This document shows, piece after piece, positions 12,846 through 26,376 of a stretch of 64,000 bases of DNA (within the stretch, counting starts at the first letter, position 1; each line of letters begins with the position of its first letter). This stretch comes from Anthoceros angustus. Lineage: Eukaryota; Plantae; Anthocerotophyta. A program made the position numbers and the translations under genes. The notes below the pieces were generated by a model. That model was not told where the DNA came from and ran no database searches. It was given only the letters and a program-made list of their open reading frames with translations. Location of the stretch: NCBI GenBank assembly GCA_010909165.1, contig VJWM01000019.1:992001-1056000 (forward strand). The letters are read 5' to 3'.

Positions 12846-14973
12846 CCCCCTTACCGCATAGCAATGCTCATTCCAAGGATGGTGGCCAGCTCGGGGCCCT
12901 GGCAGAGAGCCTGGCAGCCTCTGGAATGATCAAGGCTGGAGCAGAAAGAACGCACTGTTCACAATGTCACATCAGGGATAACCGCACTAGGCGCATTTGC
13001 AGGGGAGTTTTCCAGCACGGAGGGAGTACTAACGAACCAAGCATCATGGCAGGCCAGGCAACAGAAACATGGAGAAGGCATGACACAGGGCGGAGCGTTC
13101 ATCACAAGGCAGGCACGCCAGGCAGAGTCCTAAAACGCACAGTGCTGGAAAGGCACAACAGAGACCTGCAGAGGTACATGGCGAGGGGGAGCCTGTTCCG
13201 AGTCTCCCAACCTGGTCCCCTGGCAGCGCACTGCACCGACGCATGGCACCCAATCCGCTCCTTGCGGTGTTGCACCAAGCACGGCACACCAATCAAAATC
13301 AGGCCCCGCCTGACATGACTGAGCGATTTTTATAACAGCACGCTTGATGTCACACAAGAACATCCAGCCATGGCGGCATATTACCAGCAGATTCGTTTGG
13401 TTTCGTTCAAGTCCGTGGACTTGTCCTCAAGGCAAAGTCTGCAAGTTAGGTGAGTACTGGAGCCTAATGTTGGCGACAACATGACATTTACGAGGTGGCG
13501 AGCTGCGCAGAGTAGTCACCAGTGTGGGGGCTGGAGGCACGGTATCTCTTCAGAACTTGAGTCACAAATTCACGTTTGTTTGTACCTGCACAAAATAGAC
13601 ACCGACGTCAGCTCACCAACTCATGAGGATGACATGGGCGCAACCTCCTCACAATTCAACCTCCTCTCAGGGCCGCAGGAAAACAAATTCCCCAACTTCT
13701 CCACCACACGTTGCGACATTGGTCGGCATTCCCAACTTCGGCATAGCGTGATGCTCTAGCACTCGCATAAAGGCAGGCTGAAATGTTACGGCATTATCTC
13801 ATACGAAGACAGACCTTGAAGATATTTTATATGGATATCTATGTATGGTATACATATAGGGAGAACAAGAATCCATGTGAACTGATTTTTTTTGTCGGAG
13901 TTCGGAGATTAAGGGTGCTTGGTGTGTGTTGTTTCGTCCAAGAGCTTGACATCCATGTGCATCAAAATTCCGTGTTGTATCAATATTTTGGTGAATGGTG
14001 GTGTGCTAGACAAGAATTGTTAGGTCATTTGTGGGTAGAAGCCGTTGACACCTTGTTCTGGCCAGCCGATGCTTTGATCTAAATAAAAATGACAATTATG
14101 ATAATGCGTATGGCGTAGCACCAATGGGACTTAGCCGACGAGCTTACACAAGTCTCGACTTGAATAAGTCTCTCCAATCCAAAAATAATCTTGTTGTTGG
14201 TGGTAATCCACCACTCCCTATCACTCACTTTCTTCAGATTTGTTTACTTTGAAGACAAAAGGAGGGCTTCGCCTAAACCACCTGCACAAAACTCTGAAGT
14301 GAGAGGGCACTGACCCCACACTTCCTTATGAAACTAGAGCCACTGTAGAAGCTTTCAAAAATGAACAAAATCGGTAATTTATTTGTCACGATCGCAGAAT
14401 TCACCATCTTGAAAGAATAATCAAATAGATACTTCAATTGGTCAATGATATGGAAGGAACATTACATCATTACTACCACATTGTAAAAGCAGGCAAAATG
14501 CAAATATAGCACAAAACGATTACAAAAATACACATAAATCAAATATTATAATAATTTACAGAAAAAGGCTCACGATAAAAAATAAAGAAACCTACTGAGA
14601 AGAACAGTACTGTCAAGAAGCCTCTGGTTAAAGCAAAAGACCATATACAAGTACTGATTCAGCTATCGCTGAACTCTTTAACTAGTTCTCTCGAGATTCC
14701 AGCCGGCACCAAAAGCCTGCCCAACAGTAAGCTCCGTAGAATACACAGTTTTGTCTCATTGTGACATATCAGACATTGCTTGTATGGCACAAGATAAGAC
14801 GTGGTTATTTCCAGGACGCCAAACTAAAACCAACCCAGGCAACCGAGTGCGATGGCGGCAAGCTTTATATTACTACAAACACACTCGAAGATGAACCACC
14901 ACCGACGACTCCAAAAATCTCTGCGCTTTTTACAACCGCTTGCAACATAAACCAGCCATCAGTACTGTGTAGG

Positions 14974-16723
14974 TCAGAGTCCCATCGCAGACTGAAGTTG
15001 CTTCTCCCAATAAGCCTTCGCTTCTTGGACTTGCTCCACTCGCTCTGTATGTAACCGGTCGTTCCAGTACTCTTTGCACCTGACAGGCAGCAAAAACAAC
15101 TCAGCTTAATAGTGATACTACATGCCTCTGAGTTCCCACGTACGCATCAGGCCCAGAACAAGGCATGCACCCACATAGAAATGCGATAAACCATGCATTC
15201 GAGAGCCTACAGACGAAAAGATCAACTCATGCCATACCTGTTGCTGATAAGGGCTCCCAACTCCGGTAATCGGACCGCTTGCCCGTAGACATCCTCCTGC
15301 ATCCAATTCCAAACCAGCAAGTTTAGGGCATGGTCAACTTCGGAAGTTTATTTCACTCAAAAGTTGCGGTTGTAACACATGAGGAGCTCACCTGTCTGCA
15401 CAAGGGACATTTTGCACCTTTGTCAGCCTTCCCAACGCCCAAAAACGCAGGGACAGAGGCAGCCGAACATACACAGCTGTTGCAATATACATGCCCACAA
15501 CCAAGAGCTATCGGGTCAAATAGAGTCTCCTGCAAGAAACCAGCAAAAGGGTAGCGAGTCTGTCAGGCTACACCGGCATGTTGTGCTGCACGACACACAG
15601 GGTTTAAACGACTGTGAAGACCAGGATACAAGGCAATGCGGGAGTGGGCAGAAGCAACATCTCACCAAGCATATGGAGCACGTCAAATCAACCTCCATCT
15701 TGACAGAATCGAACAAAGTGCATGATATAGTCGGCTTGACGTTTTCAAAATCACAAGAGCAGTCTTTGAACCCTTCAGGCAACGACATCATACTATCTTG
15801 GGCCGCCAGATTCATGTGCAGTGCACAGAGCTCGATCAGCCAAGGTGACTGCAGCAGCTCGACCCGCTTGGCCAGTAACTGTTTCTTGGATGGTGTATGC
15901 TCTGCCGATGCACAGTGCACCTGCAATGGATGGCGTTTAAGGTAACACAGAACCAGTCGACGGACATCCTACTTCAAAGAGGAACTTGATAAGCAGTCAA
16001 ACCTTGTCATACTTCTTCAGGATTTTACGGATAGCCATGGCATTTATCGAAGCATAGCTTACAAGAGCTCTCCCCTCCTCAACAATAGCCGCATGATCCC
16101 CAGGCACCTTGTGACGGAGCCTGAGCATGAACCTCTTGAGCCCTTTGGAAAGATGCCGCTCCAGCAGCTGTTTTGCACAAGCGTTAAAGCAGCCCAAAAC
16201 AGCTGAAACTTCCTCCATCAGCTCAGGAAAAAAGTTTCCATCACAAACTGCACGTCACACACCCAGAGTGTATTAGACGCTGGTCCAGGCAACATGACCC
16301 AGAACAGCCAAGCATGACACAGCAGGGGTGGCGACATTACCAGGCCACAATGACCCAAGGCCTTCGTAATCAAAAAGGAGGAAATCCAGCCAAGGATCAC
16401 GTAATTCCTACCCTCACCAGCAGAAGGTAATTACCGGGGCAAGATGGTGGACAATTCTTCTCCAGCGAGCACTTCGACACGCTTAGATTCTTGAGGAGTA
16501 TGATCGTGCTTGCGCCCTCTTGGGATGCCTCAGACTGCAGCAGATCGCTCCCTCTAACCACGACTTCATCCCGGGGGCCGGCCCTACCACCCCTTAATGC
16601 ATCCTGAGCAGGGCACTTTTTCAGAATTTTCTTGAACCGCTTCAACTTCACGTACGCAAGGCCGGGAAGCTTGCGCTGGCCCTCCCGCTCTATGAACTCC
16701 AAGTACTTCTTACAGAACTTCAT
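14974..16723 (-). CDS. NLA: SPX-RING E3 ubiquitin ligase NLA/BAH1-like, paralog B
   Basis: MKFCKKYLEF...KRFKKILKKC; CDGNFFPELMEE; INAMAIRKILKKYDK; SPWLIELCALHMN; LTCSICL, LGCGHVYCNSC, KCPLCRQ; end EYWNDRLHTERVEQ...SAMGL*. Confidence 0.94.
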
Positions 16724-18241
16724 CCTCAAGCATCACGACCATCAATCAACCTCCGACGACTCCCCGGCTCGATCGCCAGGCTCCCTCTCTCACACCTCCA
16801 CCACAACCAGTGCAAGACGGCGCCAGGAGCTGCAGCATGCCATCCATCAGCACGCCAAACAATCTCACCAACGCACGCAAACGAACCGCACCAATACCTA
16901 CTCCCGCACTCCACGTTCACGACAGCCACAACACTCGAATCAACAATCACACCACACCGTCCGACATGCACGCTCCCGAAAAATTCAAAAACAAGGTCAG
17001 ACAAGCAAACACACCACCCCCGGACCCCTTCCAGCGCGGGAAGCGCAACTACCAGCAGAACAGGAACCGTCCTCCAGTCCCCCGACTCCTCACCATCCCT
17101 CCATCTCTCTCCCTCCCACACATTGCCCTCTCCCCCTCCAAACGCAACCTCAGCTTGCGCGCACAATCACAGTGCAATTACTAAACAGATTCCTGCCTCA
17201 GACACCGCTTCCTTCCCGCATTCCATCCTCAAGCCTGCACGATCCAGATCCGCCATGCAAACCACGAAGAACACCAACCTTTCGCGCGGCAATTCCAAGA
17301 GCGCACGCCGGAGAAGATCGGAATCCTGAGGACCTGGTGACCGCCTCTGATTCAAGATTGCAATGCAATCCGCAGCTGTCATGCAGGCAACAATCCAGGC
17401 GAACGCAGAGGCCTCCGCGAGCTTTCTTCCTCTTTCACGACGCGTTCCAGCTCAGAGCAAAAGGTCGCTTGCCGCCGTGGCCGGGCGTGCCCGCCGTAAA
17501 GGAAACGGATCCCACTGCCGCGTCACACTCAGCGCCGTTAGGGATTGTATATTTAATACATGGATGTTCAAAGGAATCAGGTGCACATAGAGCCTGGCGA
17601 CCTGCACCTGGAGAAAGGCGGGCCACGGAAAGGACAGGGCAGGATCTCTCTCTCTCTCTTTCAAAGGGTGGGTTATCCCTCGGGTGCTGTGCTCTACTAC
17701 TATGTATAGTTCCCACGTAGCCTCTATAAGTCTCGCCTTTTTTAGCATAAATTGGATGAAGCCAGCTGTTGCAAGGAGTCGAGGATAGCCCTAAATTATC
17801 TAACAGCTTATCTTAAAGTTAAATCATAGTGTAGGGAATTTTTTGAGTTAAGTAATATTTTTATTTTTATCGGTCTTTTTCTCTCTATCAGTGATGGGAT
17901 CATGGGCAAATGGAGATTTTATAAAATGCAAGATGGTAAGTCCCATCTACACCCAGACATAGGGAACAACCCTCTATAGGGCCCAGGCCAAGAGGGACTG
18001 GCCCTACTATTGTCTACCGTGGAGCTATCTACCACTCCCAAGATGGGTGGTCTGGAATGAGGAAGGACCTACTTATAGTCTCGAATGAGGAAAGGCCTAC
18101 TTACCATCGGAGCTACAGATCTCCTGCATTGGAAGCCGTCTTGAAAATTACGTTGTCAACGCTAAAGATGCCGTGTCCCCTATGTTTGAAGCCGTCCTGA
18201 AAATTGCGTTGCCAACACCCTTTGGAGGGCTATACAATAAC

Positions 18242-20788
18242 ATGATAAGATTCTGTAGTGGGAAGATTAATACATTATATCTGATTCAACTTCTATTCAG
18301 TGCGATTGCAAAGTTTGCAGTATTCAGTGCGATTGCAAAGTTTGCAGTAGTTGAGAGCTGGGGGTTTTTGGGAGTGGATAACTTAAAAGTTCCATTAAGT
18401 CCTTCTGAAGAAGGAGAGACTATTTTGATCACTGGAACAAGCAGTGCAACATTTAGCACAAGCCATCTTTCAAAACAAGATCATGGAAAGGTTATACTGG
18501 AACAAGCACATGAAAGGGGTAGTAAAGATACATGTTTTCATAAGGCTTATGGTATTTTGTTGAATAGTTGTGAAGTTATATCAAAAGATGAGGAGAGAAG
18601 ATCACGCATGGCTTTGGGTATTGCTAATTGTTTCTTAGCAAGCTCAGGAAGAACAATTGTGGATTGTTCCATGGCTACACCTATAATACGATGTGTTAGT
18701 ACACTGAATGATCACAATCACAAGATCTATCTGAAGTTCTATATTGAAGTTGAACAAATATGTCACTACATAGAGTTAGTCTCATTGCCACTTGATTCGA
18801 TACCATATATTGCTATCCATATCACATCAAAAGTAGTGTTGGTTCATATGATTGATTTTTAAAATGCAAAGTTGTGGGTTGTTTAAATTGTTCATGATTT
18901 AGGAGATTGACCTAACGTTAGAGTGCCATCAGGAGTGCTGCTTTCAATGCAAAGACCGAGCAACTTATCAATGAATTGAAAGAAACAACAGAATATGTTC
19001 AAGAGAGGTTGAAAAATGTCGGATTGAAGTCAAATGTTATTCTGGAAAAATCAAACGATATTCTTACATCACAAGATACTTTAAAAGCAAGCCAAGCTGA
19101 ATTGCAAAGTTCAATTAGTAAAGGCATGACTGAATTGAGTGATATTGCAAAACAAGCACACACCTATTTGTTGGTATATGAATCTTGAATCTTATAAATG
19201 TGCTATAAAATATAAGTGAAATGATGGATGAAATTAAAAGTTGTTTATAATTTTTGGTTCTCATGTTTCTAGATCTTTTATGTGTCATCTTATGGAACAG
19301 ACAATTAACGAGGCTCAACAACAATTGATTGGATCTAATGAGGAGTTATCCTTTATTATTGATGATGACCTAACCAAGTTGAAAGAAAAAACTATCATGA
19401 TTACAAATGCATTATCCATTTCTCTTATAGAACAAGAAAAGTTATTAAAAGATCAAGGATCTACCATAGAAGGATTAAGAAACATAAAACATAAAGCAAT
19501 AGATGCTGCAGAAGAAAGTCAAAGGGAATTTTCCAAGTTTTCAGAAGAAGCTAGAAAACATAGGGATGATATCATCAGTTGGCAACGTGAAATTACCGAG
19601 TTATATGACCGGCTAATGGTTGGTTCAAAAACAATGTTGGATGCTCAGGTAATATAAATTCAATTCCATTTCAATAAGTTTTTTGGCTATAATAAAAGCT
19701 AAGTAAAACTGTCAACTTAAAAAGACAAGTATAATCAAATCATCATAACACAGGAAGAGTTTACAGATCAACAAGCAAAGATATTCCAATCGTTACACAA
19801 ATTGTTCAAATTACATTCAACAATTATGAATCACTCTAGATCTTATATATTTAGTTTGTTCTATATATTTGGCGTTCTAGTTTTATATTATGTTACAAGT
19901 TTCGAGAGAATTTCAAGTGCAAGGTTGCCATCTATGTTGGGTATGTGTTACTAGTTGAAGTTTTAATGAAAATATTATAAATTAAAAATTAATATACTCA
20001 AATATTTTGGACATGTACATAGTATTTTCATAGTGAAAACACTCTTCTTTTGTGCAGTCATTATATTGGGAATTTCAGGTGAGCTTTGGATTCATCATAA
20101 AACCTTCGTTATATCTGCACAAGAAATTTCCAAATTGAGACAACAAGAATATGTCATTGGAGTATTAGTTATTATTCTAGAAGTCAGTATCTTCATTTAC
20201 ACAATAAAAACATTCAAGTAAGAATATGCACATGTTGAATATTGAGCTTACGGTTTTAATTCAGTAACTAATACAAAGCTATATATTTCTTTATATTTTT
20301 TATTTAATTTTGGTATTAAACTAACTGATATATTATTAATGAGTTTAGGGATAAACTTGATATAAGCTTTGGTGAGCTACAAAAGGTAGTTCAAGATAAC
20401 CACTTCTTGGAAGAAAAATTGGGTATTATTTTCTTAGCACCAACAATCAATAGCTACCTTCCTCATGGATTTTGTTATCATCATCATGATGGATAGATTT
20501 TATACTTAGGAAAAATTTATCGACCATATTCTATATTTTTTCTCAAAAACTAATTGGTAAATTTAATATTATTTAACAACTTAGTATCTAGATAATTTAT
20601 AATATCTTTTTAAATGAATATTATATTTTCAATGTATAGATGATCTTATTCGATGGCATGAAGAGAAGAAAGAAAACAACGAAGATCCAAATTATAAGCC
20701 TAGAAAATCACATGACTACAACTTAAGAGATCACAAGTATGATCGAGATCTATTTGCTTATAAAAGTACATTTATGTTGACTCCATGA
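18242..20788 (+). CDS. GEX1: GEX1/KAR5-family nuclear-envelope fusion protein, about 7 exons
   Basis: Signal peptide ending SWGFLG; Cys-rich domain (CFHKAY...SCE...RRSRMALGIANCFLASSGR...LNDHNHKIYLKF...IC); coiled-coil exons (SAAFNAKTEQLINELK; KTMLDAQEEF); transmembrane segments; C-terminal DPNY...YNLR like angiosperm GEX1. Confidence 0.88.
18294..18347 (+). repeat. Perfect in-frame 27-bp tandem duplication in the GEX1 signal peptide
   Basis: TATTCAGTGCGATTGCAAAGTTTGCAG x2, giving FSAIAKFAV twice. Confidence 0.95.
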
Positions 20789-21204
20789 CCAATATTAAGA
20801 ACTAGCCATGACAATTTTCATATTGCAGACCTATTGATCATCGTGCAAGTCCTGGAGTATCTATTTTGGCCCATGAAACACCGAAAGATTTCACTAAATT
20901 GGTAATGAAGGGTCGGCCCTTTTGAAAATTGTAAGTGATATATGATTTTCAAACCAAATATTCATGAAATTTATTTGATCAATTTTATGTTGGAATGGTG
21001 AACCTTTGCATATTAGTTGACTATTTTTTTAATGCAAAATAAGATTCTACGGTTTCCTGTTTGAGATGTTGTACATGTACGATTTCAACTACGACATAAT
21101 GTATACATAGAGAACTATGAATACATACGAATTGAGTGCACCACTAACACCATTGTAAGTTCTTGAATTGTGGATAAGATCTCAATAAAAACATACAATT
21201 TGCT

Positions 21205-21467
21205 ATGAACTAACATGGTTACGAGACTTACTTTACTTACTACAGTAGGGGCTATTATTATCGGGACTACTTTATTTTTGGAGTTTATCAAATTTAAGAG
21301 TTACTTCTACAAAAAATTAGAAAATAATAGAACCATGAACTAACATGGTTACGAGACTTACTTTACTTACTACAATAGGGGCTATTATTATCGGGACTAC
21401 TTTATTTTTGGAGTTTATCAAATTTAAGAGTTACTTCTACAAAAAATTAGAAAATAATAGAACCATG
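21205..21467. repeat. 130-bp tandem duplication (2 copies, near-identical)
   Basis: ATGAACTAACATGGTTACGAGAC...AATAGAACC at 21205 and 21335; the only difference I saw was TACAGTAG vs TACAATAG. Confidence 0.95.
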
Positions 21468-23314
21468 CGCCCAAAATTCGACATATAGGCCTAGCCCCAA
21501 GGGCACTTGGCCATGATGATAGATCCATAGGGCGGACCACTAGGGGTGCGTGGTCCACTAAGAATGGAAAGACCAGCATGGAAGAGCTCTTGTGCACCCA
21601 TAATTTAGGATGAAGATAATGTACACATTTGTGCGTCTCAAGTAAAGAGACTTAAACGGGAAAGACAACACAAATGGCAAAAATTAGTAGAAGGCTACAA
21701 GCTCAACAAGTTGTGCTTATGATCAAATGTCTCTAAAAGACTTTGAAATATGAAATGAGACTTTGAGGATATAAAAGAGACTTTCAAGATATGAAATATT
21801 AAAAACCTTTGCATGGAAAAATGTGCATACTAAACACTAAAATAAAAAAGAATATGAAATATACAGAACCTTCGCATGGGCAAACTTCCACACTAAAACA
21901 CCAAAACAACAAAGAATGTTTAGAATCCATCCTAATAAACCAAAGGTCAATCTCAGCTCAAAGGTTATAACAATTGACCAATCAATAAGCAATGTTTAGA
22001 GATGGGATGCAAAGCGAGCCAACTTGGTTCCTATTTCTACACACTAGGCCATCTGTGTGCAACCATGTCGCAATATCCTATTGGGCCATGCCATACATTT
22101 GTCCTGGCAAGGTGTTGTGCACAGGGAATGGAGTGATGTATGACATATGCAAGCACATTTGGTAGAAGATCGGCCTGTTGCCTTAGTAAGAATGGCACTA
22201 CCGATTTGCAAAATTTGTACTATCTTCATAATAATTGTTGGTCTCGTAAGAATGGCGCTGCTGATCTGCAGGATTTTTACTATCTTTAAGATAATCCTCT
22301 CATACGGGCACTTAAAAAAAATCAAAGAGTAATGAGCAAATGGAAGAAGAAGAATTTTATTCCAGTCCAGTAAGGACAAATTCACGTCATGGGACTTCCG
22401 TCTAGAGTGAAAGTATGTGTTACAAGCATATCAATATACTATGATATTCATAGTAGTATATAATATATGATGTTATATACTATATATATAATATTATTAT
22501 TTAAATTAATCAAAACAAGATTTTTTTATAATTGTTTTTGCAAGAAAGTAATAAATATATGTCCTCCCTTAAGCTTCAGGAGTGACACAGTAGCCAGGAG
22601 TTCATGATAAGAAAATCCTGTCCAAGTGGACTAAAATAAATTTCTTCTTCGTCATTGGAACTCCGTGGTTAACCAACCCTGTAGACGATCACTATTGGGA
22701 TAGAGTACCTCCTACACCATATTATTATGGGTTCAGAAGCACTTTAGGGTTGCTTGATGATATATGACCTATGATGTAAGGCTCCAAGGGTCTTCTAAAT
22801 TACACGGAATGCAAATACCCCACCAAATTCACCCAAGAAAGAAGAAAAGGTAAAAATTACATGAATTTTATATTCCTAATTGTGTACCACATTAAACACA
22901 ATCTCGGACCCTAAATGACTGGTGGTTGGGTAGCTAAGTTTTGGGCAAATCAAAACTAAATCACACCAATTTTATCTCTATCCCACATTGGTACCTTTAT
23001 CGAACCATAGTTGCTTACCTGGCACATACGAACTATAATTGTATACAACTCTGGGCTCAAACCAAAGCCTTGCTTTTTTTTACCTATCTTGGTCTGAAAA
23101 TTTATCTCAAGGTTAAAACTTGTGCATAGTAAAACTAAATTTTTAATAGAAATGGATTAATGAAAAGATGAGTATAGTAAAATAATTATCTTAATTATAT
23201 TAGTTTATTTTATATTTTATATTTCTTTATTTTATTTTAAAATTAAAAAATTAATCTAAATATTAAAACTAGTCTTTTATTTATTGGTGCACCCCTATAG
23301 CATTTCTCTAACTA

Positions 23315-23497
23315 TCTCTAAACATGCATGTTAGCCTCTAGCCTCTGTTTGAAAACACGCTTATGTTTTAGTTTGTCTCTAAACATGCATGTTAGCCTCT
23401 AGCCTCCCTGTGAATGCACGGTTATGTTTTAGTCTGTCTCCAAACATGCTTGTTAGCCTCTAGCGTATGTGTGAATGCACTATTATATTTTAGTCTT
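23315..23497. repeat. 61-bp tandem repeat, 3 copies
   Basis: TCTCTAAACATGCATGTTAGCCTCTAGC... starts at 23315, 23376 and 23437. Confidence 0.9.
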
Positions 23498-25381
23498 TTC
23501 TTTTTTAGTCTACTTCTTCTTGAAAGACTGTTCGGAAGGGAGAGGGAAAGGAAGGAGAGCAAAACCTCTTCCATATTTTTTGTATATTCCTTGGTTTAAC
23601 TGCATCATACGACTTTCTTTCATTTTCACTTTTCATTCTTCACTATATGTTCTACAGTTTACTACAACAAGATTAAAGCATAATTTCCTTGCTTTTATAT
23701 GATCTTACAAGTCACTTTAGATTAATCAGACATAGCTTGTCAATGATATGTCAAGTCATGACAATTGGAATGCATTCGCATGTTGAGGACCCAAAAGCAC
23801 AAGACATAGTTAACTTTTCCAACCAAAATTGTCGTGGTTTGGAACTACACAAATTTTTATCATTTTACTTGAGTTCATGATAAAAAACTAGGATTCTCAA
23901 CTATTCGAGTCACAGCGTGTTCAGGCAAAGCTTGTAAAGTATGGTCATGGAAAATTCAACAAAGTTTAAAGACTAACTAACCAAACCCGAATCAAAGGTT
24001 AGAGTTAACAGAATACAGTGCAAACATGGGGTGAAAAGAAGAGAAGAAGATTATACTCTTTTGAAGCAAATTGCATTCTGCACTTTTGATCATGCATAGG
24101 AGAAGCAACGATAATCGCCCATTTAACCACAATAACCATGAGACACAAGGACAAAGTGATCTACCTCTTATCCGTTTTGAAGTGATAGAAAATGCGCAGT
24201 TTTCTTATTAGTAGTACTAGTTACTTAATCATAACTGATTCTACTTTATAGATATAGACCTTTTTCTCTCTCAACAGTTAATCGGTTATTTTTCTCGCAC
24301 TCGCGTCCTCTCCACCGCTCTCATTCGTGCCCCCTCTGCCAGATGCAAGATCCGTTGCTGCGCTGATCCAATACCGCGACATTCCTCTTCGCCGTCCTTC
24401 AATTCGTGGTTTTCTTCCTCGTGGTCTTCTGTTTCTTATTTCCTTCTCACCATGGCTGCTAGGTACCAACAAATTTACAAAGTTACATGACGTGAACGAA
24501 ATTGCCATAGTTACAGGCGACAACCCGAAGAGCAGAGATTGAAACGGCTTTTCAGAGTGTGCAAACGGTTTTATAGAGTTTGCATTATACTAGTGGACTT
24601 AGGTTTTGCATGTCATGAGACGAGTTCCACTGAGGTGATTTAACAACCACAGGATGGCAGAGATTGAAAGTAAAGGTGATCAGTGGACTTAGGTTTTGCA
24701 ACTTGAGTTGGGGTAATTTAACAAATACGGGACGGCAGGCATTGGCAGTTTAATAAATGTGTGTCCAAATGGCTTAGGCCAAATAAACACACATTTATAA
24801 GAACGTTGAAATTAAGCATCCTGAGCTTAGATCAGTACTTAGATGGGGTGCCTAAAGGGAGTGGATGCACTTGGTGCAAGTAGCTTAGGCACACCATGGT
24901 ACAAGTTGTTAAGTACTAAGTCCCATGACAGAAATCCGTCCTTAGCGGACTTAAATAAAATCCTTCTCTACTTCGAATCGTGACAATGATTTCTTGAGTA
25001 CGAGCGTTCTCGAGCAGTCACGCTGTCGAGATCGGAGAAAACTGACACGCTTCCGCATGAAAATCCAGAATGCCATGCCACTTGGAGCATATGAACCCCT
25101 CCAATATTTACGAGCTCAACAATCACCGCCCTTCGGCGGCCTACAGACAAGTAGAACCAGCTAAGTAATAAGTAGAGTTTGAATGATTAGCAGAAGGAAT
25201 TTGATATCGGGCTAGAAGGCCTCAACTCGGACTGAGCAAGAGACAGTGAAAAGTCCATAATTAAAACAATGCCAGGCCAGATCCATGGGGCACTGGTGTG
25301 AGTATCACAATGCATAATCCAAGAGAGATTGCAGCATCCTGGATTCCTTAGGACACTCCTGAAAATTCCTTAGGACAGTCT

Positions 25382-25997
25382 TTGGGACACTCCGGAGTCC
25401 CGACACACGCGTGGTCCGCTTTACACTACGCCTTCCGGAAACACGCAATCAGGAAATGCGTCATCGTGATGACATTCTCAAAGTCCGTGCTGTACCAGTC
25501 GGAAGTCCAGTTGTGATGAACAGGCATGCACTGGTTATCCCTTCGGACCATGGCGATCACATAATCCGCAGTTCCAGTCACCATGTTCAAAACACGTTGG
25601 TGCATATGCCGTGACAGCACATCTCGTACCGGCTGCAGCTGATGTCGCAAGCTCCGCAATACGCAGGGTCCCAGTCAACATCGGCGCAAGTCGATCGAGG
25701 ATTGTATTCAAATTCAGGTACAGAGCAGCACATCGGGGAATACATCCAAAACCCGAAGGAACGTGAGCACTGGAGCTGACCATGAACAAGGAAGGCAACA
25801 ACACTCAGTGTAAGAAATGGACAATTGAAGCCGAATTCCTCAAATGCGAATTAACAATGTTGGTCAGTTGATAGGGAACTTACAAAGTCATGCCAATCAG
25901 AAGTGCAATTTGATCCTAGATCAGGACTGCCGGCCCTGACAAGCGTGGCTGAAAAGAACAGAAGCAGGGCGAGCTTGAGCACAGAGGTGAGCGCCAT
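25382..25997 (-). pseudogene. STIG1-like Cys-rich secreted peptide, copy 1 (frameshifted)
   Basis: Exon 1 MALTSVLKLALLLFFSATLVRAG...; exon 2 YCGACDISCSRYEMCCHGICTNVF* then frameshifts (FEHGDWNCGLCDRHGPKG; QCMPVHHNWT) relative to copy 2. Confidence 0.8.
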
Positions 25998-26376
25998 GAC
26001 GCCGCCGGAGCGTGAATGAAGCTTAGCTTGCGGAACCGTTCTTGAAATGCAGAAAGGCGCGCAGGCGAAGAAGAGGCAGCACTGGATAGTGCTGTCGGGT
26101 GCAGGTGCCGGACGAGCACGGCCCCCTCAAATATGTATGTATGTACGGTAGCCAGCCGTAAATTAGAGGGAAGTCAGGCCTCCTTCGCCTGCGAGACTAC
26201 GAGACTCGGTTCTCCTGATATATTAAATGTTTTTAATAACTAGAATAATTCTATTATGTTCGATGTAAACAGTCTCCGTTTAGCAGCGCGCGAAAAATAA
26301 CCAGTAACCAAGATCCTCTGAAGGGCTACCAAAAGGACTCCTGTCTTGAAAATATGCTTGCGATTCTGCTGGAACC

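Noticed and set aside
16731-16751. miR827-like site in the NLA-like 5' UTR (GACCATCAA core identical to positions 7-15 of miR827 as recalled)
   Set aside because: The 5' seed positions are mostly mismatched; a 9-nt match is compatible with chance and not a canonical target.
16632-17720. 362-aa plus-strand ORF
   Set aside because: Low-complexity antisense shadow of the GC-rich first exon and 5' region of the NLA-like gene.
22044-22385. Retrotransposon gag remnant or small gene
   Set aside because: Only a degenerate about 60-bp duplication; no recognisable domain in any frame.
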